64,000 nucleotides of DNA. Source: a virus. The notes under the pieces are model-generated. The model was not told where the DNA came from. It did no database searches and saw nothing but the letters and a program-made list of their open reading frames with translations. Position numbers and translations under genes: made by a program. The stretch spans positions 13,535 to 77,534 of the IMG/VR virus record IMGVR_UViG_3300042504_002519, one strand, 5' to 3'. Positions 8,827 to 17,181 of this stretch are shown here, piece after piece (within the stretch, counting starts at the first letter, position 1; each line of letters opens with the position of its first letter).

Positions 8827-9330
8827 ACCCACTTTGGTGGGAGTTTTTCAAGGTCTATCGTCAGTCACCCCTGCTACCGGCTATACTGGCCTGGATCCCA
8901 CTTCGGTGGGGGTTTTTCGCACTCAGTCGGTAGCCACTCGCGGCCAGCGCCAAAGCCTACCCCACCCCAGTGGGGGTTTATCTGGGAGTTTTTCGCCACC
9001 CCTGCTACCGGATGATCGAAACCACGCTGGCCTGGATCCCACCCTGGTGGGCGTTTTTCGCTCGATAAGGGATCCCCATTTTGGTGGGGGTGTATCCGAA
9101 GACTGGCAACGATATGGCCCCACTTCGGTGGGAGTGGTTCTTTCCCCGTGGTTAGCCCCGCGCTGGTGGGGGTGGCTCTCGCTTTGTGCCCGCCCCACCC
9201 TGGTGGGAGTTCGTCCCAACTCTGGTTGTACCCCATCCTGGTGGGGGTTTATCTTGACTATGGCGACTCCCCACTGCTGTGGGAGTGTGTCAATCTGCAG
9301 TTCGCCCCCCACTCTGGTGGGAGTAAAACC
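8827..9330 (+). CRISPR. Degenerate type I-E-like array A (11 repeats plus 1 partial)
   Basis: Hairpins at 8827, 8896, 8960, 9037, 9074, 9118, 9156, 9193, 9231, 9269, 9307; periods 69/64/77, then 37-44 nt. Confidence 0.75.
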
Positions 9331-9380
9331 CAATTGTAAGCAAATTGCGGTAGACTGGATTTGTTAGATGCACCACTCCG

Positions 9381-9405
9381 ACCCCGGCCACGGCTGGGGT
9401 TTTTT
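9381..9405 (+). terminator. Intrinsic terminator closing the array A transcript
   Basis: ACCCCGGCC-AC-GGCTGGGGTTTTTT. Confidence 0.75.
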
Positions 9406-9427
9406 GTTGCCTGGGCATTCTGGATCC

Positions 9428-10051
9428 ATGGCAACCAAGAAACCCACACCAAAGCTACGATCCAAGCATGCGCCCAAGCCAGCACCTGGTGCTAGGCGGG
9501 GCAACCGGCAGGTGGTAAAAACGTCCGGCCAGCCTGCTACGCCAGCCTGCAAGGAGCGGGCTTTTGAGCTGTACTGCGAGCTGGGGCCTCAATGGGCTGA
9601 AATATCCAGGCGACTGAAGGGCGAAGGCTTTAACCGCTGTGGCAATACCACGATCAGCGGCTGGGCCAAAGCAGGCGACTGGCACGCCAGAAAGCTGGCT
9701 TTGTCGGAGTCACCAGGCGAAGCGGCAAAGGTGCCCCACAAGGCCAAAGTAGCACCGCCCCCACCGCCTGCTACGGACATAGGCAGCTACCGCACCAAAA
9801 AGACCAACCTGGAGCACGTCAGGACGGCGATTGAGCAGGTGGTGCAGTCGATCTGCGACGCACGGGCCACCAGCGACCTGCGGGCCATTGGCAGCTTGGC
9901 TACGGCGTTGGTAAAGCTGATTGAGTTGGAAGGCAAATTGAGCCCCGCCACGGCATCCGAGCTAGCAGCCAGGGCCGTAGATCTGGGCCTGGATCCAGAG
10001 CAATTTATGGCCGCATTGGCGGAGCAATGGCGGATCGCCAAGGCTGGCTAG
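9428..10051 (+). CDS. HTH protein, probable terminase small subunit (DUF1804-like)
   Basis: RAFELY...AEISRRL...TTISGWAKAGDW pattern with a helical C-terminus; preceded by the late motif. Confidence 0.5.
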   Translation: MATKKPTPKLRSKHAPKPAPGARRGNRQVVKTSGQPATPACKERAFELYCELGPQWAEISRRLKGEGFNRCGNTTISGWAKAGDWHARKLALSESPGEAAKVPHKAKVAPPPPPATDIGSYRTKKTNLEHVRTAIEQVVQSICDARATSDLRAIGSLATALVKLIELEGKLSPATASELAARAVDLGLDPEQFMAALAEQWRIAKAG

Positions 10052-10681
10052 AACCCCCACCGTGGTGGGGATAGCCTAGCAAGTGAACAACGCCCACAGG
10101 GGTGGGGATGGTTTGACGAGGGAGAGACGCCCACGGAGGTGGGGCTGCGTCTTGCAGGCAGGATCAACGCCCACCAAAGTGGGGCTGGCTGCAAGGACGA
10201 GAGACCCCCACGGTGGTGGGATGTGATGCAGTTCTAGGAAGTACTCCCACCGAAGTGGGGAGGTGTTTGCGAGGGAGCTATCCACCGCCGCTAGGGTTTC
10301 CTTAGCGAGAAACCCCCACCGAAGTGGGGAGGTGTTTGCGAGTTGCCTAGCAGCTCCCCCAGGTTGGCCTGCTCGAGGAACCCCCACCGAAGTGGGGTGT
10401 GCTTGCGAGATGGCTAGGGTGATGGCACCCGACCTAGTAAGGCCAGAGAAACCCCCACCGGAGTGGGGTGTGCTTTGCGAGGGCCCAGCTGGATACCGTG
10501 GCATCGGAGCTATCCACCGAGAAACCCCCACCGGAGTGGGGTGTGCTTTGCGAGGACCGCCAAGCAACTTTAAGCAGGTGAAACAAAATGAGGAGAAACC
10601 CCCACCGAAGTGGGGAGGTGGTTGCGAGACACGGCGCTGGCCGATAGCCAAAACCACGAAAAACCCCCACCGGAGTAGGAT
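10047..10681 (-). CRISPR. Degenerate type I-E-like array B (12 repeats)
   Basis: Long repeat CTCGCAAACACCTCCCCACTTCGGTGGGGGTTTCTC with 29-38-nt spacers (periods 65-74), then five 37-40-nt units. Confidence 0.8.
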
Positions 10682-10689
10682 CCACCGTC

Positions 10690-10733
10690 ACTTACCACCA
10701 AGTTGTCAAGGTTCCTACCTACCACTATAGCAC
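10690..10733 (-). promoter_or_regulatory. Leader of array B: extended -10 plus boxA
   Basis: Reverse complement GTGCTATAGT-N7-AGGAACCTTGACAACTTGGTGGTAAGT. Confidence 0.75.
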
Positions 10734-10782
10734 GGATCCACCAGCCTGGGCACCCTATAAAAAATTCTCTGAGGGATCCACC

Positions 10783-10935
10783 ATGAGCGAGGACATCAAA
10801 GCCCAGGTCCGGGCCATTGCCCATGAAATTGCCCGCCGCGAGGTCTTTGAACACGAGCTCCGCTTCACTTTGTCCGGTGCCCTGCTGGGCGCTGTCGCGA
10901 TGCTAGCCTGGCTGGTAGCCACGGGGCGGTTCTGA
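10783..10935 (+). CDS. Small membrane protein
   Basis: MSEDIKAQ...SGALLGAVAMLAWLVATGRF (manual translation). Confidence 0.5.
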   Translation: MSEDIKAQVRAIAHEIARREVFEHELRFTLSGALLGAVAMLAWLVATGRF

Positions 10936-11201
10936 TGGACCTCCAGGCCATGCTGGATGAGCTAGACCGGCTAGGGGCCATCCTGGACGAGCTGGCCGGG
11001 GACAAGCCACAGCCACCCGGCTGGCCGCTGGGGGCGGATGAGGTTGACTATGGCCATGACATTCTGATCCGCCTGGACCGGGAAGAACCCTGCCGGATAT
11101 GCCAGCAGTTGGCCAACTGGGGATCGCTGTTATTGGGTGAGTATGTCTGCGGCCAGGGCTGCTACGATACCTTGATCTCCCCGTCCTGGGATCCTGCATA
11201 G
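10935..11201 (+). CDS. Hypothetical protein with CxxC...CxxxC
   Basis: TGATG coupling; Cys pattern. Confidence 0.5.
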   Translation: MDLQAMLDELDRLGAILDELAGDKPQPPGWPLGADEVDYGHDILIRLDREEPCRICQQLANWGSLLLGEYVCGQGCYDTLISPSWDPA

Positions 11202-11596
11202 CCTTCCTTGGCCAGCAGGAACCGCCCATCATAGCCATCCCCCACAAAAGCCCGCACAGCTTCGTAACCGACTGGCTGGATATACCAGACATAGGCAAAG
11301 TTCTTGGCCTCAGCGGTGCCTAGCAGGGTAGCTAGCTGGGCCGCTGTCACCTGAAGCAGGCCAGCTTGGCTGCTAGCGGTATTGGTGCTGCGGGTGATGC
11401 CAGATCCTATCGACAGGCTAAGGGCTGGCGTGGTGCTGATCGGCTTGAATTTCTTATCCAACTCAAAGAATCGCACCGATATGCTGGCGTTGACATAGTT
11501 GGTGACGGTATCGGCACTGGGGCGGGTAAACTGCCAGCTAAGCCCGGCTAGGCCAGCTCCTGCCAGCACCGTCTTTCCATTGAGTGCATCAGTCAC
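11162..11596 (-). CDS. Hypothetical virion protein (end of fibre cluster)
   Basis: Beta-rich ORF overlapping the upstream stop; start uncertain. Confidence 0.5.
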   Translation of the reverse strand: MTDALNGKTVLAGAGLAGLSWQFTRPSADTVTNYVNASISVRFFELDKKFKPISTTPALSLSIGSGITRSTNTASSQAGLLQVTAAQLATLLGTAEAKNFAYVWYIQPVGYEAVRAFVGDGYDGRFLLAKEGYAGSQDGEIKVS

Positions 11597-11870
11597 AATC
11601 GCAGTCCTCCAAGGTAAGTGTGGGCGCAATGGATCCAATATTCAGCCCTGCCATGATCGCCGCTACCGCTAGGGCTGGGGCCAGGGTGGCTAGGTCCAGG
11701 CTAGGGGCTAGGCTGGCCAGCGATAGGCTAGGGTGCTGGGCCAGTAGATGCAGGGCAGGGGCGAGGCTATCCAGGTGGATGCAGGGGATGCACTGCACGA
11801 TCAGCAGGGCGATTCCAGGGTGCAGCCCGAGGGGATAGAGGGTGCCGGTTAAGCCGAGTGGGTAGAGCAT
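11589..11870 (-). CDS. Small repetitive protein
   Basis: LYPLGL twice, LAP(A/S)L three times; GGGAG RBS. Confidence 0.45.
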   Translation of the reverse strand: MLYPLGLTGTLYPLGLHPGIALLIVQCIPCIHLDSLAPALHLLAQHPSLSLASLAPSLDLATLAPALAVAAIMAGLNIGSIAPTLTLEDCDCD

Positions 11871-11933
11871 GGGGCTAGCTCCCTACCTTTTTGCTGGCGT
11901 CGGGAATATGGTTCATGGCTGAGGACAAGGGAT

Positions 11934-12734
11934 TTAGACATTAGGGGCAAAGTTTTTGTAAGGGTGATCGTTTGGAAGAGAGCCTGTTAAACCGTATTTA
12001 TGGGCGAAATAGCCTTCAACAAGCTGACGATTCGTCGTATCCCAAGCTTGACTGGATATAAGAACTTCGCCAATTTTTCCGTTGTAATTCAAGCTTGAAT
12101 CTGAATAGTTACCAAGAATCCAGTTAATCCCGCCAGTGGGTGTGGCAGCTAGGCTACCTGTAAAAGAGGTTATTAAGCTCCCCGATAAGTAAGCATCTCC
12201 AGTACTCTCAGAGGTTTTTATTAAAATAAAAAAAGTGGTTGTTCCAGCAACGGCGAAATTAGTATTCTCTGCATAGGTCCTAAAATTACCAGAGTTGTCA
12301 CCCCAATATAATCCTGCATTGGACGAAGATGAGTTAAGTTCAACCAGATGGCTCCAAGGCCCTGCTGGTTGATGAATTATTACGGGTGAATTGCTGACAA
12401 CATCTGGTTTGATCACAAATGCTTTGCTGTAGGTGTTATCAAACTGTAAAAGCGTAGTCGAGTTAGAAATAGTCAGACTATCGTTAGTTCCATCAAAATC
12501 AATAGCTGGGTTGCCATTGATTTCTGAGGCTAGATAACCCGGCCTGAGGCTTTCTGTAGATTGCGTAGCATGGCGATCATTGCCACTTTTGTCCCGCCAC
12601 TCAGATACAGAATCGCTCACCAAGGTCAGAGTGCTAGCATCATCTGCCTCTAGCCACAGCTCGTTATTGCTTAGCTGCGCTGGCGTCCATAGGTTAGTCG
12701 CCACATAGCTAGTTCGGCGTCGATGAATACTCAT
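11934..12734 (-). CDS. Putative receptor-binding protein (LamG/ConA-like)
   Basis: WLEADD...VSEWRDKSGN...FDGTND...GKIGEVLI...VEGYFAHKYGL; AT-richer core. Confidence 0.65.
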   Translation of the reverse strand: MSIHRRRTSYVATNLWTPAQLSNNELWLEADDASTLTLVSDSVSEWRDKSGNDRHATQSTESLRPGYLASEINGNPAIDFDGTNDSLTISNSTTLLQFDNTYSKAFVIKPDVVSNSPVIIHQPAGPWSHLVELNSSSSNAGLYWGDNSGNFRTYAENTNFAVAGTTTFFILIKTSESTGDAYLSGSLITSFTGSLAATPTGGINWILGNYSDSSLNYNGKIGEVLISSQAWDTTNRQLVEGYFAHKYGLTGSLPNDHPYKNFAPNV

Positions 12735-13168
12735 AGGCCAGTCGCCACCCATTCGTCGGTGTCTCGCTTACGGAGTGATGCTTCTTTGTGCTGAGCCAGG
12801 GTTGTAGATGCATTGCGCAAGGTGACGCCGCTGCCAGCAATAGTTACCGCCCCGGCACCTAGGTTGTAGACGTAGATTACAGATCCTACAGGAAAGGCGA
12901 TACTGGCATTGGTGGGAACGGTCAACGTTCTGGCTGAAGCGCTATTGAATGCCACAACCCGACCCAGATCAGCTAAGGCCAGGGTATAGTCAGCGGTCTG
13001 GGCGGTGCCCTCTCGCAACAAGATCGGAGCAAACTCCACCATTTCGGTGGTGCCCTTGACATAGAGCCGTCCGGCTGTCGGATCAAAGGCGGGTTCAGCC
13101 GCATCCCAATTAGCAGCAGTCGGCACCCCGCTGCCTTGGCGTAACAAGATTTTGTACTTGCGCGGCAT
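12731..13168 (-). CDS. Tail-fibre-associated protein
   Basis: YTLALADLG...LTVPTNASIAFPVG...GAVTI fibre motif. Confidence 0.6.
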   Translation of the reverse strand: MPRKYKILLRQGSGVPTAANWDAAEPAFDPTAGRLYVKGTTEMVEFAPILLREGTAQTADYTLALADLGRVVAFNSASARTLTVPTNASIAFPVGSVIYVYNLGAGAVTIAGSGVTLRNASTTLAQHKEASLRKRDTDEWVATGL

Positions 13169-14346
13169 TAGAATGTCCCTCCATCAATGATTGTGGCCCA
13201 GGAGATTGTATCGGTAGCGGCATCATAGGCTAGGATGCCATCAACACTGCCACCGCCATCTAGAGCGCTGATCGTGTCTACCGTATTGGCAACCAGGACA
13301 GCACCCTTGGGGATAGTAGTCAAGCCAGTGCCGCCATAAATAGCAGGAATGACTGAGCCATTCCATATACCAGTGGTGATGGTGCCAACGCTGGTCAGGC
13401 TGGAAGCCGTGACGCCAGAGCCCAGGGCGCTAGAGCTAAGGACGGATGTACCATTGATGTAAAACGCTTTGCCAGTCAGTAGGTTTAGATGTTCACTACT
13501 GGTCCAGGCGTCGGTTGCATCCACCCAGTTGAAGGTTTTGTCAGTGGTGCCCTTAAGGGTGATCCCGCCGCCATCTGCACCGGCATCCGTGGGAGAGGCC
13601 ACATCACCCAGGACAAAGTTTTTATCGTCAATGGTGACGGTCGTGCTGTTGATCGTGGTGGTGGTGCCATTGACGGTTAGATCGCCTGTGACGGTGACAT
13701 TGCTGCCAAAGGTGACGGGCTGGGTCGCCTGGGCCATCTGGTCTAATCGACTGGTCCGCACCTGGGTGTCGAAGTCGCTGATCTTAGCCGCTGTCAATGC
13801 AGGAATATCCTCCGCTACCAATGCCCTAAATGTGGGTGCTGCATTGGCCCCGGTCGTAGGTCCAGCAAACACTTGGTTGGCGGCTTGAGTAGCTAGGGCC
13901 GCCGTTAGGGTGCCGCTGGCCGTAACAGGCGATCCGGTGACGGTGAACAAGTTGGGAAGTGATAGTCCTACACTGGTGACGCTACCACCCCCGGCAGCAG
14001 ACACCACCGATTTGACGTAGGCTGTAGTGGCCAGTCGGGTAGAGTCATCGCTCGACGCCTGGGTGACGCCTGTAGCACTGTTAGTGCCGGTGCCAGAGAA
14101 AACACAGGGTCCAGAAAAGGTTTTCGTGCCAGTGACGGTCTGAGTTGTTCCCAGGGTGGTGTAGGCACCAGGGCCAGCAATGGCGTCAATCTGGCTAGCG
14201 GTCCCGTTTTCGCCGCCAGTACCTTTACCATAGTACAGAGTATTGTCAGCCTCGTTATAGGCTAGCTCAGCGTTGGCTAAGACAAGACCCTGAACCCCAA
14301 GAGCACCCGTAGAGGCGCGTCGTTTAATTCGGATGATATTAGACAT
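13168..14346 (-). CDS. Tail fibre protein
   Basis: IRIKR...ELAYNE N-terminus, GDLTVNGTTTTINST, ADGGGI, C-terminal IDGGTF. Confidence 0.75.
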   Translation of the reverse strand: MSNIIRIKRRASTGALGVQGLVLANAELAYNEADNTLYYGKGTGGENGTASQIDAIAGPGAYTTLGTTQTVTGTKTFSGPCVFSGTGTNSATGVTQASSDDSTRLATTAYVKSVVSAAGGGSVTSVGLSLPNLFTVTGSPVTASGTLTAALATQAANQVFAGPTTGANAAPTFRALVAEDIPALTAAKISDFDTQVRTSRLDQMAQATQPVTFGSNVTVTGDLTVNGTTTTINSTTVTIDDKNFVLGDVASPTDAGADGGGITLKGTTDKTFNWVDATDAWTSSEHLNLLTGKAFYINGTSVLSSSALGSGVTASSLTSVGTITTGIWNGSVIPAIYGGTGLTTIPKGAVLVANTVDTISALDGGGSVDGILAYDAATDTISWATIIDGGTF

Positions 14347-14597
14347 TAAAAATTACCTCCATCGGTAAGAGTGGCTTTGGTCGTTTGGTCAGTGATAGTC
14401 AATTGTCCATTACCCCAAATCGGCACCGATCCATTGACAGGATTGGTGGTGGTGATGACTAGGTTGGGCGGCAGCCCCAGAGCCGTTTTAAGCTGCGCCA
14501 GGGTGGCATAACCTAGACTGCTGCCGATGCTGGTGCCATCGGTAACAAGGGCATGGGTGGGGATAGCGACCTGTTGGCGTAGGGGTTTGTTACTCAT
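14346..14597 (-). CDS. Small fibre-associated protein
   Basis: Ends in DGGNF; coupled to neighbours. Confidence 0.5.
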   Translation of the reverse strand: MSNKPLRQQVAIPTHALVTDGTSIGSSLGYATLAQLKTALGLPPNLVITTTNPVNGSVPIWGNGQLTITDQTTKATLTDGGNF

Positions 14598-14599
14598 GG

Positions 14600-14989
14600 C
14601 TAGCTCCAATAGACAAGGCCGCTGAGGCCAACGACAGGGATCGCTGGATTAGCTTCACCCACCGGCACCCGATCAACAGCCGTCTGGGCAGAAATAGCAG
14701 GGTCGCCATCAGCGTCAAGCAGGTTGAACTCTTGCAGTAAAGTGCCATCCCGGTTGTATTGATAGGCTTTGCTTTGGCCGTAGTTGATTTGAAATCGCCC
14801 TGTAGTGAAAGCTTGGATCAACGACAGGCTAGTGGCTAGGCTAGCCCCAGTACTGCCTGAGTCGAGATGATCGCTGATGAGCACATCCCAGACAGCACCC
14901 GCAATAGATGCGATACTCTCGGGAGTGAGGCCCCCTTCAGTTGGCCCGAAAAAGCCATCAGTGGCTAGTCGCAAGGGATCTAGGCTCAT
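14600..14989 (-). CDS. Hypothetical virion protein
   Basis: IAGAVWD motif; coupled ORF. Confidence 0.55.
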   Translation of the reverse strand: MSLDPLRLATDGFFGPTEGGLTPESIASIAGAVWDVLISDHLDSGSTGASLATSLSLIQAFTTGRFQINYGQSKAYQYNRDGTLLQEFNLLDADGDPAISAQTAVDRVPVGEANPAIPVVGLSGLVYWS

Positions 14990-15510
14990 GGCTGCCTCGT
15001 GCTAGTGACGGTATTGCCGTCGTTTGTTTCGGCATGGACAATTTGAATGCCACCCTGGCCCAAGGTTTCGGTTACAGCCCCGGTCGTTAGGTTGCGAGTT
15101 CTGGTAACAGGGTTGGTAGTATCAAGCTGTGCCTTCCGCCATAGCTCGTTGAGCCTGGTGTTTTGCTCAGTGGTGAGGCCTGAGGCTGTGGTTAAAGTCC
15201 GGGTGACATAGGCCCAAACAGCAGCGCTAATCTCTGCTTCTGTCGGCAGTAGCTGAATAGCTGCCAGAATGGCGGCATCATCCGGCTTACTGCTAACCAC
15301 ATCAATTCCCAACAACCTTGCTCCAGCATTGGCAAACCAGCGTACCTCGCCGCCTGTATCCGGCAGCTCCACTGCAGCCCGCCAAATGCCATCGCCCAAG
15401 TGGGTGCCATTGGTCAGGTTGCCTAGGGTAGTGCCATCAAATAGGCGATATTGAATGCCCGCTGTGTAACGGGAACCCAGGCTAGCGATGCTGGTGATAG
15501 TTTGGGGCAT
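14986..15510 (-). CDS. Hypothetical virion protein
   Basis: ISAAVWAY..RTLT; N-terminus paralogous to 16747-17181. Confidence 0.55.
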   Translation of the reverse strand: MPQTITSIASLGSRYTAGIQYRLFDGTTLGNLTNGTHLGDGIWRAAVELPDTGGEVRWFANAGARLLGIDVVSSKPDDAAILAAIQLLPTEAEISAAVWAYVTRTLTTASGLTTEQNTRLNELWRKAQLDTTNPVTRTRNLTTGAVTETLGQGGIQIVHAETNDGNTVTSTRQP

Positions 15511-15809
15511 TAGGCGACTCCTATGGCAGTAATAGCGCCATCGGTGCGGGTAATGGTCTTGGTACGCACTACCGCAGGGCTGCGGGTGTAGTCAGTTTCG
15601 GTGATGCTGGTAATAGCGCCATTGGTGCGGGTGATGGCTTTGCGGTACAGCTCCGCCCCGCCATTGCTGACGTAGATGCTAATTTGCGTGATAGCGCCAT
15701 TGGTGCGGGTGATGGTTTTGTAAAACGGTTCAGGCCGCAAGGAGACCAGCGGCAAAATGTTGGTGGTTTCCAGGTTGCCCGAACTGCCGAGCTGGACTGC
15801 CTTAGTCAT
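15510..15809 (-). CDS. Repeat protein (KxITRTxGAIT three times)
   Basis: Three internal repeats. Confidence 0.55.
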   Translation of the reverse strand: MTKAVQLGSSGNLETTNILPLVSLRPEPFYKTITRTNGAITQISIYVSNGGAELYRKAITRTNGAITSITETDYTRSPAVVRTKTITRTDGAITAIGVA

Positions 15810-15813
15810 GGCG

Positions 15814-16335
15814 TTATACCACTGTCAGCGTGATTGGTGGATCATTCTCAAAGACAATTGACGTAGGTGCGATTGCATTGCCAAGCCGCTGCAAGATAAC
15901 GTTCGCGCCAGGGGTAGCAGGGGCGGTAGACGAAAATCCACCCGCAGCAGTAGCACTCAAGAACACTGGGCCAACGGTGGCACCGGTGACAGCGGTATTG
16001 CGCCCAGATAGGTACACCGTGGCATTAGCAGGAGAAGTCACCCCCGTCAGTACATAGCCAATGGCAGGGCGATTGTTGCTTGCATCCGCCTTGCGGGCTT
16101 TGACAGTACCAGTGTCGTCAAAAACGTTTACAAAGTCGCCAGCGGTTAGATTTTCGCTGGTTGGCAGAAGCACTGTTTGAAGCTCAACACCAGGTGGCAG
16201 AAAGGTGGTATCTAGCAGACCCGAGCTATTGGTAGCGATCAGCTTGTTGGCATCGCCTGCCCCAGCACTGCTGCTAGGTGCCTCAGTCAAGGTAGGGGTG
16301 CCGCTTACAACGGTTAAAAACTTTTTCGTCGTCAT
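15814..16335 (-). CDS. DUF2190-like virion decoration/fibre protein
   Basis: ENLTAGDFVNV...RKADA...AIGYV. Confidence 0.55.
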   Translation of the reverse strand: MTTKKFLTVVSGTPTLTEAPSSSAGAGDANKLIATNSSGLLDTTFLPPGVELQTVLLPTSENLTAGDFVNVFDDTGTVKARKADASNNRPAIGYVLTGVTSPANATVYLSGRNTAVTGATVGPVFLSATAAGGFSSTAPATPGANVILQRLGNAIAPTSIVFENDPPITLTVV

Positions 16336-16339
16336 GGGG

Positions 16340-16738
16340 TTAGGCTCCTAAGAATATGGGAGAAGGTGGTTGAAGGTTAATCGTCGTAGCTGAGACTGGC
16401 TGGGCCAGCACTAGCAAAAAGCCCGTGGTGGGTGGCGACTGGGTAAGCTGGCCATTGGTGCCCAGGTAAATGGGGCTGCCACGGGTCCAGTTCCACACAG
16501 CATCGCTAATTTCCCCTAGCCGGTAGGCTACGCCTTCAGCCCCTTGGCTGATCGCATAGGGCAAGATGCCAGCAACTCGGTAGGCATGGCTGGAGGTGCT
16601 GCTGTCTGCATAGGCAAACTGGCCTGCATTGTCGAGGATTACCGCCCTGATGGCCGATAGGTTGATGCTGGCGGTGGCAGTGGTGACCGCATCGCCAAGA
16701 TCGGGGAGTAGTGAAACTGGCAGGTAGACAACGCCCAT
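16340..16738 (-). CDS. DUF2190-like virion protein
   Basis: WNWT.G.PIYLG.NGQLTQ.PP. Confidence 0.55.
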   Translation of the reverse strand: MGVVYLPVSLLPDLGDAVTTATASINLSAIRAVILDNAGQFAYADSSTSSHAYRVAGILPYAISQGAEGVAYRLGEISDAVWNWTRGSPIYLGTNGQLTQSPPTTGFLLVLAQPVSATTINLQPPSPIFLGA

Positions 16739-16746
16739 AGCTCCTC

Positions 16747-17181
16747 CTATAGCACCAATGCGGTAATGTCGTCAGCCTTGGCGTTGAGTGTATCCACACT
16801 CGCCTGGCTAGCCTTGGTGTCCACGCTGGCCTGAGTCGCTAGGCCCGATAGCTGCGTGTCCATATTGGCGCTAGCCAGCCCCAGGGCGGCGCGGATACCT
16901 GCGGCCTGGTCTGCTTGGTTGGGCGCGGGTTCAATCGCTACGGCACTCAGGAACGCCCCTGCCGCTCCTGCATTGTTCAAATACCATTCCAGCGTCCCGC
17001 CATCGTCAGGGGCGCTTATACCGCCATTCACCCGGTAATAGCCAGTAGCAGAAACCTCCGCTACCCCTGTGGTGGTAAAGGCTGTGGCAATGGTCGTGCC
17101 ATCGACCGCACGGATAAGATAACCAACGCTTTGGCTAGCTCGAGTGGGGGCGACAAGGGCGGCGGGGATGACTTGGGTCAT
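16747..17181 (-). CDS. Hypothetical virion protein
   Basis: ATQASVD repeats; coupled ORF. Confidence 0.55.
   Translation of the reverse strand: MTQVIPAALVAPTRASQSVGYLIRAVDGTTIATAFTTTGVAEVSATGYYRVNGGISAPDDGGTLEWYLNNAGAAGAFLSAVAIEPAPNQADQAAGIRAALGLASANMDTQLSGLATQASVDTKASQASVDTLNAKADDITALVL

Noticed and set aside
8920-8959. Spacer 2 similarity to the gp37-like gene (16/18 nt near 50062-50079)
   Set aside because: Suggestive, but the flanks do not align, so it is not claimed
8851-9026. DGR template/variable repeat pair with the phosphoesterase
   Set aside because: Differences are not adenine-specific and no reverse transcriptase is present
9060-9306. 11-13-nt matches of short linkers to window genes (e.g. 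TTGACTATGGC at 11044)
   Set aside because: Too short to distinguish from chance
8813-9367. ORFs over array A (8813-9367, 8874-9236, 8923-9333)
   Set aside because: Translations are repeat-derived PTxVGV motifs with no RBS; the region has a non-coding leader and terminator
8827-10681. TIGR-Tas interpretation of the ~37-nt units
   Set aside because: Only one main variable segment per unit, no dual-spacer box C/D layout, and no Nop-domain protein recognised
10076-10730. ORFs over array B
   Set aside because: Same repeat artefact
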